Shown here: positions 57,556 through 64,000 of the stretch, piece after piece | Numbering within the stretch: position 1 is the first letter of the stretch | How the letters are laid out: every line of letters starts with the position of its first letter | IMG/VR virus record: IMGVR_UViG_638275429_000001 | Span: 87,740 to 151,739 of that record | Length of the DNA stretch: 64,000 nt | Origin: a virus | Taxonomy: Duplodnaviria; Heunggongvirae; Uroviricota; Caudoviricetes; Straboviridae | Strand: one strand, 5' to 3' | Notes under the pieces: model-generated | Seen by the model: only the letters and a program-made list of their open reading frames with translations | What the model was told of the DNA's origin: nothing | Database searches by the model: none | Made by a program: the position numbers and the translations under genes

Positions 57556-60500
57556 ATGCTAGGACAACACTTCCGAGCGACCAGCGGCTTAGATGCGGCT
57601 GGCGAAAAATTAATCAACGTTGCTATAGCAGACAAGGCTACCCTGTCTGACGGCGTTAACGTTGATTTCTTCCACAAATACAATACAATTTACCAGTACG
57701 ACCCGTTACGCGGGTACGACGCGAAACACGCAATCATATACCAGCGTCGCATATACTTCGCGAAAGCAGATATAGCTTCTCCAGCCGGAGAATTCCAGCC
57801 GACACTTTGGACCGGACTTCGCGTCGACCCAACGTGGCAGTTCGTGAACTCGGTTGCAACTGCGATGCAACTTGTGTCGGGGCAATATATCTCAGCAGAT
57901 AACCGTTTCAACAACCTTGTATTCAATCTGCCTACTGATCCGATTGACGGGGATACAATCGTAATAAAAGATATCGGCGGGATGCCTGGGATAAACGATC
58001 TGGTATTTTCGACTATCGGCGCAGCCATCATCGAGTATAACGGACAAACTCGTGGAAGCAGTTTCCGCGGAACTATCCCATTCTGCGAATACGTTTTCAT
58101 GTACAAAGCTGCCGGAAATCGCTGGCAACTTGACATATGCGCATCAACTGAGCAAAGTTATTTTGTTGCTCCGTCTACGCAAGGTTTCCAACTCCAGTCA
58201 GGAATGGTTACTTGGAGACAGACTGCCCAAGGTCAGATCCGTCTGATTTTGCCGAAGCATGCTAACCATGGTGATGTTATAACAACCCACGACATTGACG
58301 GCCTTAATGCTATAAATCATTCAACGCTTGAAATTTATCCTGGAAGTGGCCATAGCATCAACGAGAATGGTGTAACGTTAATCGAATCGCGGACTTCTGG
58401 CTACGGCTCATTCGTGTTTGACTCCGGTGCAAAAGTTTGGGAAGTTTGGGATGGCGATCAAAGAACTCGTATTCGCGTAACAAAGGCGGATACATCGGTT
58501 CTGCCGTTTGAACATATTCTTGTAACAGGTGACGGCACTGGAGCGAGCCAAGTGGTCACACTTACTCTGCCTGAAGATGTTGCTATAGGCGACCGAGTAC
58601 AAATAACATTAGATTATTTGCGCCGAGGGCAAACATGTACAATTCAGGTAAAACCAAACTCTGGCGAGGTTATGGTCGGGTCTAAAGCCCAGATGCAATT
58701 TCAGCGCAGATCTGAATATCCGGCAACTAACGGTTGGGAACTTGTTTCCTCTGTGTCAATTGTTGCAAACACCGATTATGTTCCATATATCGAATTGATG
58801 TACGCCGAACTTGACCCAGCTTTGGTTGGGGTTACACCTGCACGTTATGGCTGGATGATCGGGCAAGTTGCTCCAAAAGTTGAACGGGTTGACGCAAATC
58901 AACGTGACCGCCTCGGCGTCGCCGCCCTAGCAGCCCAGAGTGAAGTCGATAAAAACCACGAGCAAAATCCAAACGATGAGACTATTGTCACACCTCTGAC
59001 TCTGTCGCGTAAAACATCTAATGAGACTCGTCGTGGAATACTGCGCATCGGCACAACTGCTGAAGTAAACCAAGTTACAACCGCATCTTATTTGGATGAT
59101 GTCGCAATAACTCCGAAAAAACTGAATGAGCGTTCAGCTACTGAAACTCGGCGTGGTCTGGCTGAAATTGCTACTCAAGCGGAAGCAAATGGTGCAACGG
59201 ACGATATCACTATCGTTACTCCTAAAAAATTACATAATAGAATTGCGGCTGAAAATCAGACGGGCATATTGGCTATCGTGCAAAAACTCGGTACAGCAGG
59301 AACAGCTCGTAATCTCGCGGGTACCGGCATTTATAACAGAGCCGATCATTTAAGGGCTGTCACACCGGCAACTCTGGATGAGTTCGCAGCAACTGAAACA
59401 GCTAAGGGTGTAGGATATATCGCTACCCAAGCTGAAGTTGACGGTGGATCATCTGATGCAAACGGCCCACTACTGGTTACAGCGGAAAGACTTGCTGCCC
59501 GGCGTGCTTCTGAAACAAACCACGGCCTGATTGAAATCGCGACGCAAGCTGAAACCAACGCTGGAACTGATGACGTTCGCGCCATAACTCCAAAAAAGTT
59601 GAATGACCGTACTGCTACTGAGTCCCGTACTGGTATTGCTCGCCTGGCTACTCAAACTGAAGTTGATGCTGGTACTTCAGCGCTCACGCTTTTAACTCCA
59701 TTGAAGTTGAAAACAAGATTTGATAATCTTTCGCGGGTTGAAGTTGATGCTGACGCTGGATTAACTCGCACCGGAACCATTTGGGACACAGTGTCGATTG
59801 GTGTTAAGCTATCTACCGAAGTTCAACGTGGGACCTTACGAGTCGCAACTCAAGTTGAAGCTAATGGATCAACTGATGACGCGACCGTAATAACACCAAA
59901 GAAACTCGACGGGCGTAAGTCTACTCGAACTTTGGACGGTATTATTCGGGTAGCTACAACAGCGGAAACAAGAACCGGAACGTCACAAACACTCGCCGTA
60001 TGCCCTCAGGACTTGATTTACATGGCGCAGACTGAGCCGACATGGTCAGGAAACGAAACTAGACGCGGATACGTAAAAACTGCAACAATGGAATCAACAT
60101 TTGTTGGTAACGACACTGTTGGTTCTACACAAGTCTATACATCGTATGCGAATGATGGTTTGGCTGTTTCCCCACGTGGTTTGAACTATGCTTTGCAGAA
60201 TTTTTTACCTCTCAAGGCTACTGCTCAAAACTCATTGGCACTCGGCGGCGTTAACTCTGCTGATTGGGTACGTAGAACTATTGCTCAAACTGTCACAGGT
60301 GCGATGAACTTCACAGCTGCGATGACGGCCGCAAACATCACATCAAATGTGACGTCGGTTTCAAGTCTAAGAGTCCGCGATGGCAATTTAGGTGCGGTTG
60401 AAATTGGCACTCAAGGCGTTAGTGTTTTGGGAACTGGCATATTGATGCATTCTGCTGATGGCGCTGGTGCCGCAAACGATTGGTTCATGTATTCCGGCGG

Positions 60501-61224
60501 TCGGTCGTCTGTTCTGGGTGTCAACGAAATCGGTTTTGTTTCGACGAATGCTGATAACACAAGTTTGACAAAGCAATTTAGCGTTAGCCGCGATGGAGAC
60601 TCAACAACAAATAGACACATCCGTTCAACTAATGGTCACGTTGTTCTCGAAAACTCAGGAGCAAGAATATACGTCGGCGGCGGAATTGCTACAACAAACC
60701 AATTGGCACAGTCAATAACTGGCGGGTTTATTTTCGGTAATATCAACTCTGCTATGTCGGTTGTAACCAATGGTGACGATAATTTCAAAATCAATGGTTC
60801 TGTAGTTATCAACGTTGCGAATGCGCAAACAAAACTTGATCCAGTTTATCTGCGCCGCGACGGCGGTAACACCCAAACAGGTAAAGTTCTCGCAGCAATG
60901 ACCGGCGATGTTAAATACAGCACATTCCGAAATGATAACCGTTACATCTCTTCGCGAGGAAACGATTTCGTATTTGGTAATACTGACACAGTAAATGGCC
61001 GTGTATGTCTCGATACAAACAAAAACCCAATTGTTAAGATTGGTAACTTCGAGTATGAGATTTATCACAAAGGTAACAAGCCAACAGCTGAAGACGTCGG
61101 AGCTGTAGATATCACTGGTTCATCAGCCAACAACCTTACAATTCGCGATTGGATAAAGATTGGCAATGTTAAAATCATCGCTAATAACCTTTTGAAAACT
61201 GTTGAATTTGTTTGGGAAGAATAA
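57556..61224 (+). CDS. gp34: Long tail fibre proximal subunit
   Basis: QHFRATSGLDAAGEKLINV N-terminus; ATETRRG / ATQAE repeats; IRDWIKIGNVKI..KTVEFVWEE end. Confidence 0.96.
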   Translation: MLGQHFRATSGLDAAGEKLINVAIADKATLSDGVNVDFFHKYNTIYQYDPLRGYDAKHAIIYQRRIYFAKADIASPAGEFQPTLWTGLRVDPTWQFVNSVATAMQLVSGQYISADNRFNNLVFNLPTDPIDGDTIVIKDIGGMPGINDLVFSTIGAAIIEYNGQTRGSSFRGTIPFCEYVFMYKAAGNRWQLDICASTEQSYFVAPSTQGFQLQSGMVTWRQTAQGQIRLILPKHANHGDVITTHDIDGLNAINHSTLEIYPGSGHSINENGVTLIESRTSGYGSFVFDSGAKVWEVWDGDQRTRIRVTKADTSVLPFEHILVTGDGTGASQVVTLTLPEDVAIGDRVQITLDYLRRGQTCTIQVKPNSGEVMVGSKAQMQFQRRSEYPATNGWELVSSVSIVANTDYVPYIELMYAELDPALVGVTPARYGWMIGQVAPKVERVDANQRDRLGVAALAAQSEVDKNHEQNPNDETIVTPLTLSRKTSNETRRGILRIGTTAEVNQVTTASYLDDVAITPKKLNERSATETRRGLAEIATQAEANGATDDITIVTPKKLHNRIAAENQTGILAIVQKLGTAGTARNLAGTGIYNRADHLRAVTPATLDEFAATETAKGVGYIATQAEVDGGSSDANGPLLVTAERLAARRASETNHGLIEIATQAETNAGTDDVRAITPKKLNDRTATESRTGIARLATQTEVDAGTSALTLLTPLKLKTRFDNLSRVEVDADAGLTRTGTIWDTVSIGVKLSTEVQRGTLRVATQVEANGSTDDATVITPKKLDGRKSTRTLDGIIRVATTAETRTGTSQTLAVCPQDLIYMAQTEPTWSGNETRRGYVKTATMESTFVGNDTVGSTQVYTSYANDGLAVSPRGLNYALQNFLPLKATAQNSLALGGVNSADWVRRTIAQTVTGAMNFTAAMTAANITSNVTSVSSLRVRDGNLGAVEIGTQGVSVLGTGILMHSADGAGAANDWFMYSGGRSSVLGVNEIGFVSTNADNTSLTKQFSVSRDGDSTTNRHIRSTNGHVVLENSGARIYVGGGIATTNQLAQSITGGFIFGNINSAMSVVTNGDDNFKINGSVVINVANAQTKLDPVYLRRDGGNTQTGKVLAAMTGDVKYSTFRNDNRYISSRGNDFVFGNTDTVNGRVCLDTNKNPIVKIGNFEYEIYHKGNKPTAEDVGAVDITGSSANNLTIRDWIKIGNVKIIANNLLKTVEFVWEE

Positions 61225-61233
61225 GGAATAAAA

Positions 61234-62367
61234 ATGGCGACTCAATTCATGGCCCACCTCGGGCCATCTTATGTTGAAACTAGCCACCTAAGTGAAAACA
61301 ATGCGATTAAGTATAAGTTGGAAGCATTAGGTTCTAACGCTGACTCAACTGTAAAAGTCCCGTTCATTAAGTTGAACGGGGCAAGTCGTTTGTCTTCATA
61401 TAGTCGTGGTATAACTGCAGTAACAATAAGTCCTACTGGTGTTGCTAGTAATCAGGCAACATTTGATCTGTACACCCGTCCGGAACACTTTGACACACTC
61501 AGGTCATATTTGATGTCTGCACCGTCAAATAATATCGTGGTTCTAGTGTCATATGATGCGATGAAATCTACTGAAGCATTTGACGAATTCATGTACCAAT
61601 ATGGCTCTCGCTCATGGCCAGGTGTCCCTTACCTGAATAAGGTATTGCCGGATTCTCGGTTGTATAGGAGTTCGTATGTCGCTATTTTTAATACGTCTCT
61701 TAAGCGTTTTTGCTACGAGAATTTCGTTGGAAATGATTACACAGCAACATCGGATACCTCCGCATATCTCGAAGTAGTTTTTGATACGGTTGAAGATATT
61801 GGCGCCTGCGGAACGCCTGAACGTAAAGTTGATGATATCAATGAATATTTCAGCCGTCCAGACGATTATGCTTTCATCAGATATTTCCCAACTGAAAATA
61901 TAACCAACTGGGAAGCAATCTATCATGTCAAATGTGAGTTATATAACGATCAAGTTCTAAAAGATGCAAACGGCCATGCCCGGCTATATTTGTGGACTCA
62001 AAATAGCGGCGGTACTTGGTTTTCGCAAATGATACTGTCAAACGTAGATGGCGTTGTTGGTCAATGGAACACATATGAGGGGTATTTCAAACTACCGGCC
62101 GCAGGCGGCGGTGCTACATTATGGGGCTGCCAGGCATACAGATGGCCGTCAAGTGCTAAAGTTGGTTTAGCTGGTGCTAGAAACGTCATAGTTACCCGAG
62201 TAACTCGAGATGACGATGACAAAGTTGAAAATGCTGCTTTTGGTGTTAACGGTATGAGAGCGAACACATTGTCTGACAATGGAAACTTCTCAAACCCTGT
62301 AATGCAACTGCTTAATTTGAAACCGAAAAACGTTGTTACTTCAAACGAACTTCGGGAACGTACCTAA
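61234..62367 (+). CDS. gp35: Long tail fibre hinge connector
   Basis: FMAHLGPSYVET..LSENNAIKYK, AFGVNGMR; synteny. Confidence 0.9.
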   Translation: MATQFMAHLGPSYVETSHLSENNAIKYKLEALGSNADSTVKVPFIKLNGASRLSSYSRGITAVTISPTGVASNQATFDLYTRPEHFDTLRSYLMSAPSNNIVVLVSYDAMKSTEAFDEFMYQYGSRSWPGVPYLNKVLPDSRLYRSSYVAIFNTSLKRFCYENFVGNDYTATSDTSAYLEVVFDTVEDIGACGTPERKVDDINEYFSRPDDYAFIRYFPTENITNWEAIYHVKCELYNDQVLKDANGHARLYLWTQNSGGTWFSQMILSNVDGVVGQWNTYEGYFKLPAAGGGATLWGCQAYRWPSSAKVGLAGARNVIVTRVTRDDDDKVENAAFGVNGMRANTLSDNGNFSNPVMQLLNLKPKNVVTSNELRERT

Positions 62368-62387
62368 GGGCCTTCGGGCCCTTTGTT
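62367..62387 (+). terminator. Terminator after gene 35
   Basis: aagggcc-ttcg-ggccctt followed by tgtt. Confidence 0.75.
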
Positions 62388-62419
62388 GTAAATAAATTAT
62401 AGCAAATTTACTGGCACAG

Positions 62420-62526
62420 GTTTGGCTCTGCCAAACTAGCATTTTTATCCTTTAAGGCCTAATAGATTATATAACCTAAAGGATAAAAAGGATAAATTCG
62501 AGCGAAGCTCGAACTGGCGAAGCCAG
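62420..62526. repeat. 45-bp palindromic intergenic element, copy 3, with flanking hairpins
   Basis: Core at 62444-62488. Hairpins gtttggc-tct-gccaaac, ttcgagc-gaa-gctcgaa and ctggc-gaa-gccag. Confidence 0.97.
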
Positions 62527-62655
62527 GTAAATCATTCAGATCGTATTGGTTAAATACAACCAGTAGGACAATAGATACATCAAAGCACTGTATGAACTAA
62601 ACCCGGACCTAGCTGGCTAATCATAGACCAGTCCGGTTCACATAAGGAGACTGCA

Positions 62656-64000
62656 ATGGCAGATCTGAAAGTTGGAACTACGATAGGTGGTTCTCCTGCT
62701 TGGAACCAAGGTAATTTGCCATTAGTTCCAAGCGGTGATAGAATATTATACAAAGGAGCACGTGTTTACAGTGAATCTGATAAACCGTCTGCCGATGAAC
62801 TGAGTGTTCTGTCAATAAATGGTGGTCGTTTGAAGGGTCAATTACAGATTGATTCAGCATCCGATAACATTTTCGATTTGAACTCAACCGATTCTGGCGC
62901 AGTTTTCATGCGCTATATGCATAACAATAGCAACAAAGCCTACACTGGCATCGACGCGAGCGGGAACTTTTACGTCCGCATGGCTGACGGCGCATCTCGC
63001 GCTGGCATTGCTTTCCAAATTGACAACGTTTCGCAAGACATAACCTTCGGGGCGAACCTGAAAGGTCCTGCCGGCCGTGCATTCTCAATCAACAAAGGCG
63101 ATCAACCGTTCATCCGTGACCACGGCAACGGAAACGTTACAATTTCAGCTTTGTCAAAAGTAGATGGAAACCCTGGTGATCTGTACCTCGGATACAATTC
63201 TGCAGGCATGGTGACCAATACAGTTCGACTGGAAAGTCCGCTGTTTTGGAAGGGTGCGCGTCAACTGGTTGACTCTAATGGTTTCATCCTTCGTTCAGCG
63301 ATGGATAACAACTATTACAACCAATCTGAAGCTGACGCACGTTTTATCCGTCTGAACAATAACACCACGACCGACGGTTTCATCCTGTCGAAAACCGCTG
63401 AATATACTGACGCCGGTCGAAACATGGGTTATTCTGGATTCTATCGCCATAATGGTGTTGACGGATTCTCCGGTTTAACGATGCATGTCGCTCATCCTAG
63501 CTATAGCAACGGAGCATACTCCCGTGGTATCACCTTTGCTTATGGTTCTTCGTCTTATGGTCTTTACACCTATGGTTATGACAGTGCTGGTGTTCGTCTG
63601 GCGAATCAGAAAATCTATACCGAAGCCGATAAGCCGACTCCGCAAGAGTTAGGTGCGCTCGCCGCCGAGGCCAACGCAGTATCAGCTTCCAAACTTCAGA
63701 CCCCTCGTCGTATTTCGCTTTCAAGCGGTGCTTCTGGTTCTGTATTGTTTGACGGCTCTGGTGATGTTGTTATTCCGGTAACAATCGCAAACGACAGTCA
63801 CACGCACAACATTTACGTTAAGAAATCTGGCGACATAATGTCAGGTAACTTGGTTGTTAATGCTGCAGTTGACGCGAATGAATTGCGGGCTGGCGATGCG
63901 ACAACTAAAGCTAGAATTGCTCTGAGTTCGGACACCGTATTCTTCCAAGGTGGTCCTATCGGAACTACCGGTTTGCATAAAATCGCGATGTCTGGTTATA
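62656..64000 (+). CDS. gp36: Long tail fibre distal subunit gp36, extended form, 3'-truncated; absent from the ORF track
   Basis: AAGGAG SD. MADLKVGTTIGGSPAWNQGNLPL matches the T4 gp36 N-terminus; hand translation stays open for 448 codons to the window end. Confidence 0.92.
   Translation, partial: MADLKVGTTIGGSPAWNQGNLPLVPSGDRILYKGARVYSESDKPSADELSVLSINGGRLKGQLQIDSASDNIFDLNSTDSGAVFMRYMHNNSNKAYTGIDASGNFYVRMADGASRAGIAFQIDNVSQDITFGANLKGPAGRAFSINKGDQPFIRDHGNGNVTISALSKVDGNPGDLYLGYNSAGMVTNTVRLESPLFWKGARQLVDSNGFILRSAMDNNYYNQSEADARFIRLNNNTTTDGFILSKTAEYTDAGRNMGYSGFYRHNGVDGFSGLTMHVAHPSYSNGAYSRGITFAYGSSSYGLYTYGYDSAGVRLANQKIYTEADKPTPQELGALAAEANAVSASKLQTPRRISLSSGASGSVLFDGSGDVVIPVTIANDSHTHNIYVKKSGDIMSGNLVVNAAVDANELRAGDATTKARIALSSDTVFFQGGPIGTTGLHKIAMSGY

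Noticed and set aside
58900-60100. Repeated ATETRRG/ATQAE units in gene 34, and similar units in gene 12
   Set aside because: Known structural repeats of T4 fibre shafts.

Overview
The window is a 64-kb segment of a T4-like myovirus genome (Straboviridae). It holds no tRNA, CRISPR array or intron that I can see. T4 gene order is clear: 10-11-12-wac-13 to 24, an early accessory block, hoc-inh-uvsW, 25-26/51-27-28-29-48-54, three Alt-like ADP-ribosyltransferases, ligase, 31, cd, pseT, spanins, alc, rnlA, denA, td, frd, 32-59-33-dsbA-rnh and 34-35-36 (36 runs off the end). Short Hoc (180 aa), long Wac and long gp36 suggest an Aeromonas 44RR/31-like phage; this is an inference and was not checked against a database. 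Most notable: (1) an identical 45-bp intergenic palindrome in three copies, with covarying GC mini-hairpins whose loops flip between copies, one copy at the position of T4 ori(uvsY); (2) a 253-aa minimal family-B polymerase-like protein with degenerate catalytic motifs, heading an early operon with an Arr-like ADP-ribosyltransferase and a Mesh1-like HD hydrolase; (3) a fibre-like two-gene insertion between genes 23 and 24; (4) gp12 ending in an S74-type intramolecular chaperone; (5) uvsY, nrdA/B, rIII and rnlB missing from their T4 positions. Start codons were adjusted by Shine-Dalgarno position and recalled T4 homology where the ORF track overshoots. All family calls come from motif recognition, with no search run.
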